Shown: piece by piece, positions 18,245-29,649 of the stretch
Numbering within the stretch: position 1 is the stretch's first letter
Layout: every line of letters begins with the position of its first letter
Assembly: GCA_965116875.1 (NCBI GenBank)
Contig: OZ220733.1
Location: 4,896,001 to 4,960,000, forward strand
From: Candidatus Latescibacterota bacterium
GTDB lineage: Bacteria; Latescibacterota; UBA2968; GCA-2709665
DNA: 64,000 nt
Direction: 5' to 3'
Translations under genes and position numbers: made by a program
The notes under the pieces: generated by a model
Databases searched by the model: none
What the model saw: only the letters and a program-made list of their open reading frames with translations
What the model was told of the DNA's origin: nothing

Positions 18245-21200
18245 TCAGACGGAAACGTCGGCCGATTCAGGCAATCTCCCGTTGCCGCGGTCAAGCGCCT
18301 CTCTCAGGTACCGGCCCGTATGCGATGCATTGACCCGCGCCACCTTCTCAGGCGTGCCTTCCGCAACCAGGTACCCGCCCTCATCCCCGCCTTCGGGCCC
18401 GAGGTCCACAATCCAGTCCGCCGTCCTGATGACATCCAGATTGTGCTCGATCACAATGACGGTATTGCCAGCATCTACGAGTCGATTCAACACATCAAGC
18501 AGTCTGGCCACGTCGGCCACGTGCAATCCGGTGGTTGGCTCGTCCAGCAGATATACGGTCCTGCCCGTGTTCGGCCGGGCGAGTTCCCGGGCGAGTTTTA
18601 CCCGCTGCGCTTCTCCTCCCGAAAGAGTCGTGGACGCCTGCCCCATCTTGATATACCCCAGTCCCACGTCAACCAGTGTCTTGAGGGACCGGCAGATTCC
18701 TGGTACGTTTTCAAACTGCCGCAATGCATGATCGACGGTCATATCCAGCACATCGGCAACCGACCGGCCCTTGTACAGGACATTCACCACGTCCCGGTTG
18801 TACCGCTTCCCGCCGCAATCCTCGCAGGTCACCCAGACGTCCGGCAGAAAATGCATTTCGATACACCGTGAACCCAGCCCCTTGCAAGCCTCACAGCGGC
18901 CCTTCCGGTGATTGAAACTGAAGTGCCCCGGTGAAAACCCTCTTACTCGTGCATCGGGCAATTGCGCATAGAGCGTTCGAACCCTGTCGAACACCTTCAC
19001 GTAGGTCGCCGGGTTGCTGCGCGGCGAAAACCCGATCGGGGACTGGTCTATGTTGATCACTTTGTCGATGCACTCCATTCCCCGGACCTCGTCGTAATCG
19101 GCCGGGGACCGGGGAACGCGGTTGACCCTGGCTGCAAGCGCCCCGTAAAGGACGTCATTTACCAGCGAGGACTTCCCGGACCCCGACACACCCGTGACGC
19201 CGATCAGCATTCCAAGCGGAAACTTCACGGTCAGGTCCTTCAGATTGTTGTGGCGGGCGCCCACCACTTCGATACATCCTCCAGGGGCCATCCGCCGGGG
19301 CGGCTGTTCGATGACCAACCCACCAGACAGATATTCCGCGGTCAGCGATCCGTTCTCAGTACGCAGGCGTTTGGGAGGCCCCTCCGCTACCAGCATTCCC
19401 CCGTGAGCCCCGGCGCCGGGTCCGAAATCCACAATGTGATCCGCGGTTTCCAACGTCTCGCGATCGTGCTCCACGACGAGCAGCGTATTGCCAAGGTCCC
19501 GCAGCTGGCGAAGGGCGGAAAGCAACCTTCGATTGTCCCGCTGATGAAGTCCGATGGTAGGCTCATCCAGCACGTACAGGACGCCGGTCAATCCCGATCC
19601 GATCTGGCTGGCAAGTCGGATTCGCTGCGCTTCGCCGCCCGACAACGTGGGCGCCCTTCGTGAGAGTGACAGGTAACCCAGGCCGACTTCGTACAGGAAC
19701 CGCATCCGGACGCGTATTTCCTGGAGGACTTCGCCAACGGCGTCGAGCTCGCGCCCCGTCAGTGACAGATCCAGAAGCCAGCGCCTCGACGCGCCGATGG
19801 GCAGGTCAGCCAGGTCACAAAGTGTCGTGCCGCGAAGGCGCACGGCGGCACTTTCCGGCTTGAGGCGCGCGCCGTTGCACGCTCGGCACGGCACGTCTTC
19901 AATCAGATCGCCCATCTTCTCGCGAAACCGCGGTGAGAGCCTCGCCAGTTCCTCCAGCGAATTGAACAAACCCCTATACTGGAATCCCACGCCGTCCGCG
20001 CCCTGAATCCATCGTTCCCCGGTACCGTAGAGCAGCGCCTCCTGTGCGGTCTGTGACATTCGCTCGACCGGCGTTTCCAGGTCGAATCCCCCCACTTCGC
20101 CAACGGACCGGATCATCGCCGCCAATGGACCGTCTCTCAGATCGCCGAGGACCGGAACCGCCCCCCGGGACAAGGAATTCTGAGGATCCGGAATCAGCGT
20201 GCTCTTTCCCATCCCCCGCTGGGTTCCCAGGCCATCGCACGACGCGCACCATCCCTCGGGGCTGTTGAACGAAAGCTGTTGCGGGGTGACCTCTTCGAAG
20301 CTTCTCCCGCACGACGGGCAGGACAGGGTCTGGCTGAATCTGGTTTCCAGGTCATCGTCGGGTGACGCCGCGACGACGACGCCGCCGGACAACGCCAGCG
20401 CTTTCTCGATGGAATCCGCAATGCGCTTCCGCACGCCGGGTCGAATCGTGACGCGATCCACGAGGATTTCCAGTCTGTGGGACTGCCGGTAGTCGATCTC
20501 GGGGGCGGCATTCAAGTCGAACACGTCCCCGTCCAGCCGGCCCCGCGGGTAACCGGCCCGCGCGGCCCTGGAAACCAATCCGTTATAGTCTTCTCCCCTG
20601 CCCGGCCGTTGGGGGCTCAGCAGATATACCCGTCTCCCGGATGGCATTTCCAGGATCCGGTCGACGATTTCGCGGACCGCGAGCGCCCCGGCCGGCACGC
20701 CGCAGTCAGGACAATGGACCTCCCCCACCAATGCAAACAGCGCCCTCAGGTAGTCATACACTTCGGTAACCGTGCCCACCGTTGAGCGCGGGTTTCTGCT
20801 GGCGGCTTTCTGCTCGATGGCGATTGCCGGCGACAGTCCGACAACGCGCTCCACCTTCGGCTTGGGAAGCTGTCCCAGAAACTGCCGCGCGTATGAGGAA
20901 AGAGATTCCACGTATCGCCTCTGGCCCTCGGTGAAAACCGTATCCAGCGCCATCGAGGACTTTCCGGATCCGGAAACACCCGATACGACGGTCAGCCTCT
21001 CGCGCGGGATCCGAACATCCACGTTTCGGAGGTTGTTCTCCCGTGCACCGGTAACCTGGATCTCCCGTACGAGTGCCCTGGTTCCCTCCTGGCGGCGACG
21101 TTCCGCGCCGGTCGCCACCTGGCAGTCTCCGCTCTCCAATGCGGACTGCAACGGATGCGCGGTAAGGGAACGACCGGCCCGCGCCACTTGTTCCGGGGTC

Positions 21201-23944
21201 CCCTGCGCCACCACGCGCCCGCCGGCTACCCCGCCGCCGGGCCCGAGGTCGATCACCCAGTCCGAAGTCTTGACGACGTCCATATTGTGCTCGATCACCA
21301 CCACCGTATTTCCCAGTTCCACGAGCCGGTGAAGCACCGTCAGCAGATTCTGTACGTCTGCAAAATGCAGGCCCGTCGTGGGCTCATCCAAAATATAAAG
21401 AGTGGATCCTGTCTGTTTGCGGCACAACTCTTTCGCCAGTTTTATTCTCTGAGCTTCTCCGCCGGACAAGGTTGGCGCCGGCTGCCCGAGTTTCACGTAC
21501 CCCATCCCCACCTCGACCAGCACCTTCAGTATGCGATGGATCTGCGGCACCGCGGCGAAGAAGGCGCATGCCCGCTCCACCTCCATTTCCAGCACATCCG
21601 CGATGGACGCGTCCCTGTATTGAACGTCCAGCGTCTCTCGATTGAAACGCCTTCCCTCGCAGATCTCGCAGGTCACCCATACGTCGGCCAGAAAATCCAT
21701 CTCGACAACGTTTGCGCCATTTCCGTCGCAGGCTTCACAGCGCCCGCCTTTCACGTTGAAACTGAACCTTCCGGGCCGGTATCCTCTCACCCTGGATTCG
21801 GGGAGGTCTGCGTACAACGCCCGGATCGGGCCGAACACACCGGTGTAGGTTGCCGGGTTGCTCCGTGGCGTACGCCCGATCGGCTGCTGGTCGATCTCGA
21901 TCACTTTATCCAGCGCATCGATGCCTTCGATGCGGTCGAATTCAGCGGGTTCGGTCTCCGCCCGATTCAATTCTCGCGCCAGCGTTCGGTAGACGATGTC
22001 GTTTACGAGCGAACTCTTCCCTGAACCGGATACGCCGGTCACACAGTTGAACACGCCAAGAGGAATTCTGACGTTGATTCCCCTGAGATTGTTCTGCCGG
22101 GCGCCGCATACGGTCAGATACGTTCCGGTGTGCGCCCTGCGGCGGGGTACAGCAATCGATTCCTTCCCGGCAAGGTAGGCACCCGTTCTGGACCTCTCCG
22201 ACAGAGCGATCGTGGGCCAGGGCCCGCAAGCGACCACCTCCCCTCCCAGATGACCGGGACCCGGTCCGAAATCCACGAGCCAGTCCGCCCTTCTCATCGT
22301 TTCTTCATCGTGCTCCACCACAATGATCGTATTCCCCGCGTCCCGCAACACGCACAGCGCGTCCAGCAGCTTCCTGTTGTCGCTCTGGTGCAGCCCGATC
22401 GAGGGTTCGTCCAGAACGTACGTTACCCCCACCAGTCCGCTGCCGATCTGTCCGGCCAGCCGGATGCGCTGCGCCTCGCCCCCGGACAGCGTCGGGGCCG
22501 TTCGATCCAGCGTCAGATAATCCAGGCCTACGTCGAGCAGAAATTTGAGCCGACCCCTGATTTCCTTGAGCGCATCTTCCGCGATCATCCGGCGGGTCGA
22601 GGTCAGATTCAAATCGCCGAAGAACGCGAAAGCGTCCCCAACCGACATCGCCGCGGCGGCCGGCAGCGATACTCCCTCGATTGTCACCGCTTCTGCTTCG
22701 CCCCTCAATCGCGCGCCGCGGCACGTGGGACATCGTCCCGTGCGCATGTAGGGTCCCAGCCTTCGCCGCCACGCCGGCGATCCGCCTTCCGCGTACCTGC
22801 GTTCCAACGGCGGAAAGATCCCGCCGAACGTATCGTAATGCCTGTAGACGTTTCCGTCACGCTTCCGCCACTCGAGCGTGATGGGTTTCTTGACTCCGTA
22901 CAGCAGTTCCTCCCGTGCGGTGCTGGAGATTTCCCGCCACGGTGTATTGACGTCAGCGCCGTGGCGGGCCAGCACGCCGTTGTAATAGTGTATCTTCCAC
23001 CGGTTTCGCGGCTCCCCGAGCGGCGCAATTGCGCCGTCCATTACAGACTGCGAGTCGTCCGGTACCGACCGCTCCGGATCCAGGGCAACCTGGGTACCGA
23101 GGCCTTTGCACGTGGGACACATCCCGTGTGGATTATTGAACGAAAACAACTGAGGCGTGGGCTCGGTTGCACTCAGACCGCACCGGGTGCAGGCAAAACT
23201 GGAACTCAACAGCAAATCCTCACCCTCCTCGAATCCCACGATCAGCGTGCCGTCGCCATACCCCAGGGCCGCATCGACCGCCTCGCCGATGCGCCCGCGT
23301 CCATCTTCCCTCACGACCAGCCGGTCCACGACGAGGTCTATATCGTGCCGGATATGTCGTTCGAGCCGCTGGGACTCGGTCAGCTGCACGATCCGTCCGT
23401 CCACGCGGACACGGAGGTAACCGTCCCTTTGAAGATCGTCGAACAGATCGAGATATTCGCCTTTTCTTCCACGTACAAGCGGCGCCATGACGTGGATCCG
23501 CGTTCCCGCGCCAAGGTCCATGATCCGATCCACGATTCCGTCGCGTGTCTGTGCGCCGATCCGTGTGCCGCAAGACACGCAATGCGGCTCGCCAACCCTC
23601 GCGTACAGAACGCGAAGGTAGTCGTAGATTTCCGTCATCGTACCCACGGTCGACCTGGGATTCCGCGCGGCAGCCTTCTGTTCGATGGATACCGTTGGCG
23701 AAAGACCCGTAATCTGATCCACGTCCGGCTTTCGGATCTGACCCAGAAACTGGCGTGCGTACGCGGAAAGGGACTCGATATAGCGACGCTGCCCTTCGGC
23801 GAAAATCGTATCGAAGGCCAGCGAGGACTTGCCGGAACCCGATACGCCCGTGAAGCATATCAGCTGATTTCGGGTAAGGGTGAGGTTCACATCCTTCAGG
23901 TTGTGAACCCGCGCGCCCCTGATTACGATGTCACGTGTTTCCAT
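18245..23944 (-). CDS. uvrA: Excinuclease ABC subunit A, tandemly duplicated single-chain form (about 1900 aa)
   Basis: Two complete UvrA units: four GVSGSGKSS, four LSGGEAQR, four LDEP, EGQRRY twice, zinc-finger cysteines; start placed at [17 protein letters not shown]. Confidence 0.96.
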   Translation of the reverse strand: METRDIVIRGARVHNLKDVNLTLTRNQLICFTGVSGSGKSSLAFDTIFAEGQRRYIESLSAYARQFLGQIRKPDVDQITGLSPTVSIEQKAAARNPRSTVGTMTEIYDYLRVLYARVGEPHCVSCGTRIGAQTRDGIVDRIMDLGAGTRIHVMAPLVRGRKGEYLDLFDDLQRDGYLRVRVDGRIVQLTESQRLERHIRHDIDLVVDRLVVREDGRGRIGEAVDAALGYGDGTLIVGFEEGEDLLLSSSFACTRCGLSATEPTPQLFSFNNPHGMCPTCKGLGTQVALDPERSVPDDSQSVMDGAIAPLGEPRNRWKIHYYNGVLARHGADVNTPWREISSTAREELLYGVKKPITLEWRKRDGNVYRHYDTFGGIFPPLERRYAEGGSPAWRRRLGPYMRTGRCPTCRGARLRGEAEAVTIEGVSLPAAAAMSVGDAFAFFGDLNLTSTRRMIAEDALKEIRGRLKFLLDVGLDYLTLDRTAPTLSGGEAQRIRLAGQIGSGLVGVTYVLDEPSIGLHQSDNRKLLDALCVLRDAGNTIIVVEHDEETMRRADWLVDFGPGPGHLGGEVVACGPWPTIALSERSRTGAYLAGKESIAVPRRRAHTGTYLTVCGARQNNLRGINVRIPLGVFNCVTGVSGSGKSSLVNDIVYRTLARELNRAETEPAEFDRIEGIDALDKVIEIDQQPIGRTPRSNPATYTGVFGPIRALYADLPESRVRGYRPGRFSFNVKGGRCEACDGNGANVVEMDFLADVWVTCEICEGRRFNRETLDVQYRDASIADVLEMEVERACAFFAAVPQIHRILKVLVEVGMGYVKLGQPAPTLSGGEAQRIKLAKELCRKQTGSTLYILDEPTTGLHFADVQNLLTVLHRLVELGNTVVVIEHNMDVVKTSDWVIDLGPGGGVAGGRVVAQGTPEQVARAGRSLTAHPLQSALESGDCQVATGAERRRQEGTRALVREIQVTGARENNLRNVDVRIPRERLTVVSGVSGSGKSSMALDTVFTEGQRRYVESLSSYARQFLGQLPKPKVERVVGLSPAIAIEQKAASRNPRSTVGTVTEVYDYLRALFALVGEVHCPDCGVPAGALAVREIVDRILEMPSGRRVYLLSPQRPGRGEDYNGLVSRAARAGYPRGRLDGDVFDLNAAPEIDYRQSHRLEILVDRVTIRPGVRKRIADSIEKALALSGGVVVAASPDDDLETRFSQTLSCPSCGRSFEEVTPQQLSFNSPEGWCASCDGLGTQRGMGKSTLIPDPQNSLSRGAVPVLGDLRDGPLAAMIRSVGEVGGFDLETPVERMSQTAQEALLYGTGERWIQGADGVGFQYRGLFNSLEELARLSPRFREKMGDLIEDVPCRACNGARLKPESAAVRLRGTTLCDLADLPIGASRRWLLDLSLTGRELDAVGEVLQEIRVRMRFLYEVGLGYLSLSRRAPTLSGGEAQRIRLASQIGSGLTGVLYVLDEPTIGLHQRDNRRLLSALRQLRDLGNTLLVVEHDRETLETADHIVDFGPGAGAHGGMLVAEGPPKRLRTENGSLTAEYLSGGLVIEQPPRRMAPGGCIEVVGARHNNLKDLTVKFPLGMLIGVTGVSGSGKSSLVNDVLYGALAARVNRVPRSPADYDEVRGMECIDKVINIDQSPIGFSPRSNPATYVKVFDRVRTLYAQLPDARVRGFSPGHFSFNHRKGRCEACKGLGSRCIEMHFLPDVWVTCEDCGGKRYNRDVVNVLYKGRSVADVLDMTVDHALRQFENVPGICRSLKTLVDVGLGYIKMGQASTTLSGGEAQRVKLARELARPNTGRTVYLLDEPTTGLHVADVARLLDVLNRLVDAGNTVIVIEHNLDVIRTADWIVDLGPEGGDEGGYLVAEGTPEKVARVNASHTGRYLREALDRGNGRLPESADVSV

Positions 23945-24160
23945 GCAATACCCAGGTTCCCGCGCGCAACGCGGGAGAACGGACGTCGTCCTGTAATGGC
24001 GCACCTTCCAATCGATTCCGGAGTCGATGCGCGGGTGTCATTGAGGGCAAGCCCCGGTTGTCACCGATCGTGAACGGCCATTCCGGAAACCGGTACAGCC
24101 CGGATACGAATGGAACAGGAAACCGTTCCCGGCCGGGGCCTTGTGAGATGATGGACTCGA

Positions 24161-24189
24161 AATATACTACTCAAATGTTCAGGTATCAA
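24161..24189 (-). promoter_or_regulatory. Putative sigma70 promoter for uvrA
   Basis: TTGATA-17 nt-TATATT on the minus strand. Confidence 0.55.
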
Positions 24190-24362
24190 GGAAAAACCTT
24201 ATGGGAGTCCCTTTATAGACAGCTGCGCTGACGCGCTCTCAGCCGCCCGGACACAGGAAAACTCAACGTTCCGATCCGTTCCACCGGTCCAGACGATCAA
24301 AAGCGCCTCTATCCTGGATGGACAGAGACGCTTTCATACTCTCTTCCGGTTGGTGGTCGCGT

Positions 24363-24716
24363 CTATTCGGGCGGCTGCGTCCTGAAACTGGCTACCGCAC
24401 GGTCCACGGAATCCAGGGTCCGGAAAATCCCCGCCAGCTGCGTGACCATCAGGATACTCTCGATTTTGCGGGTAATGCCCGTAAGACGCATATCTCCGCC
24501 CGCATGCCGGACCGTCGTCAGGCTGGCGGTCATGACGCCCAGCATGGAACTCCCAAACCATTTCACCTTCGAAAAATCGACCACAACCCTGCTTATACCG
24601 TCTTTTACCAACCGTTTGATATGGTCGTGAAATTCGGCCACTTCGGGACCGGACATCAGGGCGCCCGTTACCGTGAGGACGGCAACATCCTCCCGGATCT
24701 CCTCAGTGATTTTCAT
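24363..24716 (-). CDS. STAS domain protein / anti-sigma factor antagonist (SpoIIAA/RsbV-like)
   Basis: 117 aa from ATG 24716 with GAGGGG RBS; VVVDFSKVKWFGSSMLG, GGDMRLTG, ILMVTQL. Confidence 0.88.
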   Translation of the reverse strand: MKITEEIREDVAVLTVTGALMSGPEVAEFHDHIKRLVKDGISRVVVDFSKVKWFGSSMLGVMTASLTTVRHAGGDMRLTGITRKIESILMVTQLAGIFRTLDSVDRAVASFRTQPPE

Positions 24717-25187
24717 TGTTCTTCCCCCTCGATGGTTTCGGGTTACGGCAAACAACCGCACCAGCCTCAGTGACGCGTTGCAGTTCGTTTTGATCTGAAA
24801 AGCTGTCTTAAATTTCCCTGCGGTCTTCGCACCTGCCTGCTGCCGCAGGCAAGGCATGCGGCTGCAAAAGCTTCGGTCGGCGTTGGTCAAACCCGCCCGT
24901 CTTACGAGATCGAGGCTGCGCTTGCTCGCCTCTCATAACCGGATTTTCCCGCCTTGACCGCCACTTATTCGCTCGCGCTCGGGGATTCACCGGTAATTTT
25001 AAAACAGCTTCTGCGAAGATTTGCTGCCAACCAATATAATCCCAATCGCGCTCAGGATCAAGTCAGGAATTTTACCGGGCACGACGATTACGACTGGAAT
25101 CGGCTTGACAAAGACCTGCTCTACAGCTTACTTATCTGCCGCCAATTCGGTGAAAGCAACCACTCTGCGAAAAGGAAGGCGAGACGC

Positions 25188-25982
25188 ATGGAGCTCGGAT
25201 GCAGCACGATACTTTATGGCGGGCACGACCTGGAAGTCGCAATGGAACGGATACAGGCGACGGGCTACCGGGCGATCGAACTTTGTTGTATCCCGGGAAT
25301 GGCGCCCCACCTGGCCATTGGCGGGAGTGACGCGTATTATCGTGACATCCGACGCCGTGCCGGGAACCACCGGTTGGTGATCGAATCTCTCGGCGCAAGC
25401 GGCAACCTTGAAGACGGGGACCGCTTCCTGCACATCCTGGATGCTGCGGCCTCGGTCGGGGCGCCCCTGGTCACAACGGGGCCCGGCGGGAAACCGGACG
25501 AAGAAGAATCGTTCAAGACAACGGTCCAGAAAATCAATGCCCTCGCTGTCCAGGCCGCCGAACGCGGCGTCAGGCTTGGTATCAAACCTCACGTCGGCAA
25601 CGCCGTGTACAACACGGATACGGCTTTCAGGTTTATGCAGATGGTCGATCGGAATTGGGTCGGGATCAACTACGACGCTACCCATATCTGGCGCAGCCCG
25701 CAGCGAGAGGTACCGGAAGAATGCATCGGCAGGATCAGCCGGTACATTGTTTCACTCAGAATCCGCGACGTCAAGGGCCGGCAGTCCGCGATCGGGCCGG
25801 TTGAAAACCAGGTCGCCGGCCAGGGAGATATGGATCTGCCCGCGCAGGCAGATGCGTTTCGAATGATCCCGGGCCTCGAATACGCGATTCTGGAAATCGT
25901 CGGTACACGGGACATGGGCGTGGACGACGTCGACAGTGTTCTCCGGCGGTCGTTTGACTACTTCCGGCCATTGTTTGAATGA
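25188..25982 (+). CDS. Sugar phosphate isomerase/epimerase (xylose-isomerase-like TIM barrel)
   Basis: AAGGAAGG RBS; GYRAIEL, GVRLGIKPHVG, GINYDATH, GQGDMD, ILEIVG. Confidence 0.82.
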   Translation: MELGCSTILYGGHDLEVAMERIQATGYRAIELCCIPGMAPHLAIGGSDAYYRDIRRRAGNHRLVIESLGASGNLEDGDRFLHILDAAASVGAPLVTTGPGGKPDEEESFKTTVQKINALAVQAAERGVRLGIKPHVGNAVYNTDTAFRFMQMVDRNWVGINYDATHIWRSPQREVPEECIGRISRYIVSLRIRDVKGRQSAIGPVENQVAGQGDMDLPAQADAFRMIPGLEYAILEIVGTRDMGVDDVDSVLRRSFDYFRPLFE

Positions 25983-26076
25983 GTTCAACGGAAATCCGGG
26001 AACCGGCCCCGGCGGACTCGACTTGCCCACGGCCTGAGTGATCGCTGTTTTCTGTTTCAATACAAGGAGCACTGGT

Positions 26077-27102
26077 ATGATCCGTGTCGGCGTCATCGGC
26101 ATGCGCGGCATCGGCGGCCAGCATGCCGCTGTATACGTGAACAACAACAGGACGGAACTCGTGGCTGTCTGCGACCAGGTACGGGAGCGCGCGGACAGCG
26201 CGGCCGAACGACTGGGCGCGAAACCGTTCTACGACGTGAACGAAATGCTTCGGTGCGAAGAACTCGACGCGGTGAGCATAGCGACCGGCGGCTTCGAAAA
26301 CGGCGGCGACCATTACGAACCCGCCATCCAGTGCATGGAAGCCGGATTGAACGTCCTGTGTGAGAAGCCCATCAGCAACAACATCGACCACGCCCGACAG
26401 ATGGTCAGGAGAGCGCGGGAGTGCGACGTCCGGTTTGGCATCAACCTGAACCACCGGTTCGTTCCACCCGCGGAAAAAGCCAGGGGCTGGATCGAAGAGG
26501 GGCGCCTGGGCCACCTGCTGCTCATCAACATGACCATGTGGATCGGCAACCCGAACGAGACTTCCCCCTGGTTCCACCTTCGGGCCCTGCACCCCCATTC
26601 GATCGACATCATGCGATACTTCTGCGGAAACGTGAAACGGGTGCAGGCATTTCTGAACAAGGCGCCCGGACGCAGCGGAAACAGTGCCTCGGTGTGCTGG
26701 TCGAACGCACAGATCAATATGCAATTTGAGAACGACGTTGTGGGCCACCTTACCGGCAGCTACGACACCAATCCTGCTCACAACCTGGAACGCTGTGAGG
26801 TACTGGGAAGCGAGGGCCGTTTCGTCCTGGACAACTGCTTTGAGGACCTGACGCTGTATCCGAGACGGTCCGAGGAACTCACGGTCGTTCGAAACTCCAT
26901 CATGGGCGGTCTGGTCTTCGAGGACACCTTTCCAAGACGCATCAACCGTTGGATCGAGCAACTGGATGAAGGCGCTCCACAGTCGGAAATCGAAGGGTCC
27001 GGCGAAGAGGGGCTGGCCGTACAGGAAGTCATCGAAGCGGCCATCCGCTCGTGGAAGGAGCAGACCATCGCGGACGTGCCGGCCGTTCACGGAGCGAGAT
27101 GA
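26077..27102 (+). CDS. Gfo/Idh/MocA-family oxidoreductase
   Basis: AAGGAG RBS; IRVGVIGMRGIG, NVLCEKP, NHRF, HPHSIDIMRYF. Confidence 0.92.
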   Translation: MIRVGVIGMRGIGGQHAAVYVNNNRTELVAVCDQVRERADSAAERLGAKPFYDVNEMLRCEELDAVSIATGGFENGGDHYEPAIQCMEAGLNVLCEKPISNNIDHARQMVRRARECDVRFGINLNHRFVPPAEKARGWIEEGRLGHLLLINMTMWIGNPNETSPWFHLRALHPHSIDIMRYFCGNVKRVQAFLNKAPGRSGNSASVCWSNAQINMQFENDVVGHLTGSYDTNPAHNLERCEVLGSEGRFVLDNCFEDLTLYPRRSEELTVVRNSIMGGLVFEDTFPRRINRWIEQLDEGAPQSEIEGSGEEGLAVQEVIEAAIRSWKEQTIADVPAVHGAR

Positions 27103-28346
27103 GAATTGAACTGAACGGTGTGAATTATCGCATTCCGCAGACCCCGGTCGCCGTCATCTGTGTCGACGGCGGCGATCCGGAGTACAATGTGGCCGCGCGG
27201 AAGGCCGGAGCCATTCCCGCCATCGCCCGATTCATGGAATCCGGATTCGCCGGCGCCGCCCACTGCGTGATTCCGAGCTTCACGAATCCCAACAACCTCT
27301 CCATTGCCACAGGCGCCCCACCCTCTGTGCACGGTGTTTCCGGCAATTTCTACCTGGACCGGCGTACCGGCGAAGCGGTTCCCATGACGGGTCCCGCGAT
27401 GATGCGTTCACGTACGATTTTCGACGTCGTTTCCAGGGCCGGGGTGGAAACGGCCGTCATCACAGCGAAGGACAAACTCCGACGGCAACTCGGCAAGGGA
27501 ATGGACGTTGGCAACGGCAACATCTGTTTCTCTTCGCAATGCGCAGACCGCTGCACGCCCTTCGAGAACGGAATTCAGGACGCACTCGGCTGGGTCGGCC
27601 GACCGTTGCCCGACATGTATTCAGACGCGCTGTCGCTGTTCGTGCTCGACGCCGGCATCCGGTTTCTCCAGGACGGTACCCGGCCGCGCCTGGCGTACCT
27701 GTCGCTTACGGATTACGTCCAGCATAAATACCCTCCTGACCATCCCGTCGCCCTGGATTTCTATCGAATGGTCGACCGGCGATGCGCGGAACTTGACCGG
27801 CTTGGCGCAACGGTGGCGCTGGTAGCCGATCATGGGATGAAGGACAAATGCGCACGGGACGGAACGTACAATATCATCTATCTTCAGGACCTGCTGGACA
27901 GGCGCTTCGGATCGGGAAGAACGCGGGTGATCTGTCCGATCACCGATGCGTTCGTGGGGCATCATGGCGCTTTGGGGGGATTCGTCCGGGTGTACTGCTT
28001 CGAAGGCCTGAACGTCGTCGACGCGATCCGTTTTATTGAAACGATCCACGGGATCGATTCTGTCCTGGAAGGGGCCGACGCGGCGAGCCGTTTCAGTCTT
28101 CCGCTCGACGTCGAAGGCGACGCCGTGGCGATTGCCTCCGAGGGGTTCTGTATCGGCATGACGCCGGGCGATCACGACCTCGAGGGGCTGCACGGCGATC
28201 GCCTGCGCTCTCACGGCGGCCTCTCGGAGCGGGAGGTGCCGTTCATCCTCAACCGTCCGCTGAACCGGGAATACCTGGCGCGCGCCGGGTCGGAACAACT
28301 GATGAACTACCACATCTTCGAATATGCGTTAAACGGGATTGCGTGA
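27099..28346 (+). CDS. phnA: Phosphonoacetate hydrolase (alkaline phosphatase superfamily)
   Basis: VICVDG, PSFTNPNNLSIATG (catalytic Thr), YLSLTDYVQHK, ADHGM, PITDAFVGHHGALG, LRSHGG; ATGA overlap with the previous gene. Confidence 0.93.
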   Translation: MRIELNGVNYRIPQTPVAVICVDGGDPEYNVAARKAGAIPAIARFMESGFAGAAHCVIPSFTNPNNLSIATGAPPSVHGVSGNFYLDRRTGEAVPMTGPAMMRSRTIFDVVSRAGVETAVITAKDKLRRQLGKGMDVGNGNICFSSQCADRCTPFENGIQDALGWVGRPLPDMYSDALSLFVLDAGIRFLQDGTRPRLAYLSLTDYVQHKYPPDHPVALDFYRMVDRRCAELDRLGATVALVADHGMKDKCARDGTYNIIYLQDLLDRRFGSGRTRVICPITDAFVGHHGALGGFVRVYCFEGLNVVDAIRFIETIHGIDSVLEGADAASRFSLPLDVEGDAVAIASEGFCIGMTPGDHDLEGLHGDRLRSHGGLSEREVPFILNRPLNREYLARAGSEQLMNYHIFEYALNGIA

Positions 28347-28405
28347 GGAGACTTCAGGATGGCCGTCATTTCGAGACTTCCCGACCAAAAACGAGAATGG
28401 GAGAT

Positions 28406-28804
28406 ATGAAAATGGGTTCGACCAAACTGTACGAAGCCGCTTTTCCCTATGCCGACAACGTACTGGCCCTTCCAGTCGAGGATATCGACAATGCTTCAAC
28501 CTGGTACTGTAACACGTTTGGGCTCAACGAGGTAGAGCGTCACTGCAATCCCGTTCCCACGGTCATTCTCGAGCGGGACGGCGTCCGGATCGGATTCGCC
28601 GTGAATGGCGGCGACCCGGGACAGGAAGGGGCGGCCATTCTCGTGTCCGATATCCACAGGGCGAGGCAGGAATTGGAGGCGAACGGAGTCCGGACCGGCA
28701 ACTGGCGCGTCGACGAAAACAACGGCCGAAGGTTCCAGGTCTTCTTCGTCGTCGCCCCGGACGGGCTCTGTTACTATTTCCACCAGCCGATCGATGAAGG
28801 ATAG
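28406..28804 (+). CDS. VOC/glyoxalase-family protein
   Basis: LPVEDIDNASTWY..FGL, VSDIHRARQEL...GV, FFVVAPDG. Confidence 0.8.
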   Translation: MKMGSTKLYEAAFPYADNVLALPVEDIDNASTWYCNTFGLNEVERHCNPVPTVILERDGVRIGFAVNGGDPGQEGAAILVSDIHRARQELEANGVRTGNWRVDENNGRRFQVFFVVAPDGLCYYFHQPIDEG

Positions 28805-28810
28805 ACGCAG

Positions 28811-28836
28811 AAAAAGCCCGGGTTCGGAGCCCGGCC
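28811..28836 (-). terminator. Probable intrinsic terminator between convergent genes
   Basis: GC-rich hairpin (gcccgggtt-cgg-agcccggc) preceded by an A run, giving a U tail on the minus strand. Confidence 0.5.
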
Positions 28837-28882
28837 TTACTGAATTCGCGCCTGGATGAGAGCGAGGAGCGAGGTGGAATGG

Positions 28883-29575
28883 CTATCGTCCCTTCTTCCT
28901 CTGTTTCTCTTTCCTGGCGAACGACTTTGCGATGCAAGACGCCGCGTCCGGCGTCTTGCAGTTCGTTTCACCGTGGTCCACCTCAACGGGGCCGATCCGT
29001 TTCGCGGCCGCGATCGCCCGATCGCGATAGGTCGCACTATACGTCCCCAGAGCGATCAGCGCGTTGTTCATCGCGTAGCGGACGCGGTTCGGCTGCTCGT
29101 GAATCTGCGATTCGATTCGATCGAGGCAGGTGTCCAGAAGCGCCTCATCGACGTCCCCGTGATCGTTCAGAACCATCTCCGTGAAGGTATTCCATCCCGC
29201 CGCGGCAACCCACTCTCCCCGCCTGGAGGTCCACTTTCTGAACCGCGCCAAACCGCTCTTCGAGGCGCTTGCGAGAGCGCCAAGTTCCCCGGCGAGAATC
29301 GAGTTGTCGATATCGCGCGCCCAGGCGTCCAGCTGACCCGCGTTCATCGCCATCGGGTCCGCGATCCGCGTGGCCAGAGTTCGTGCGTCGTGGTTGCCCG
29401 TATCCCACAACGCATCGGCCAGCTGGTGGTCCCGCTTTATCTTTCGAACCATCCTGTTCAGGTTGGCATAGCTGACGCCGTACATCGGCGCGTTGACGCC
29501 ATGGCGCGCATAGACCTTGCGGTTCTGCGCCGTGCCCAGTTCTTCGAGCATTGAAAGTGTCTCGCTCACTGTCAT
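28883..29575 (-). CDS. DNA alkylation repair protein (AlkD-like HEAT-repeat family)
   Basis: YGVSYANL, DHQLADALWDTGNHDAR, RVRYAMNNALIA, IGPVEVDHGETNCKTPDA. Confidence 0.82.
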   Translation of the reverse strand: MTVSETLSMLEELGTAQNRKVYARHGVNAPMYGVSYANLNRMVRKIKRDHQLADALWDTGNHDARTLATRIADPMAMNAGQLDAWARDIDNSILAGELGALASASKSGLARFRKWTSRRGEWVAAAGWNTFTEMVLNDHGDVDEALLDTCLDRIESQIHEQPNRVRYAMNNALIALGTYSATYRDRAIAAAKRIGPVEVDHGETNCKTPDAASCIAKSFARKEKQRKKGR

Positions 29576-29649
29576 CGTTCCCTGCCTCACGGGGACTTCG
29601 CGCCACTTCTGCCGAGCTTGCCCCCCCGCAGCTTCGGAGCTTGCGGGAC

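Noticed and set aside
22130-24073. 647 aa plus-strand ORF
   Set aside because: Antisense shadow of uvrA with no recognisable domain
24165-24183. Possible LexA/SOS box in the uvrA promoter (tactcaaatgttc)
   Set aside because: Only one good GTTC half-site; it does not match GAAC-N4-GTTC, CTGT-N8-ACAG or GTTC-N7-GTTC, and I did not see it upstream of the other repair genes
25771-27090. 439 aa minus-strand ORF
   Set aside because: Antisense shadow of the Gfo/Idh/MocA gene
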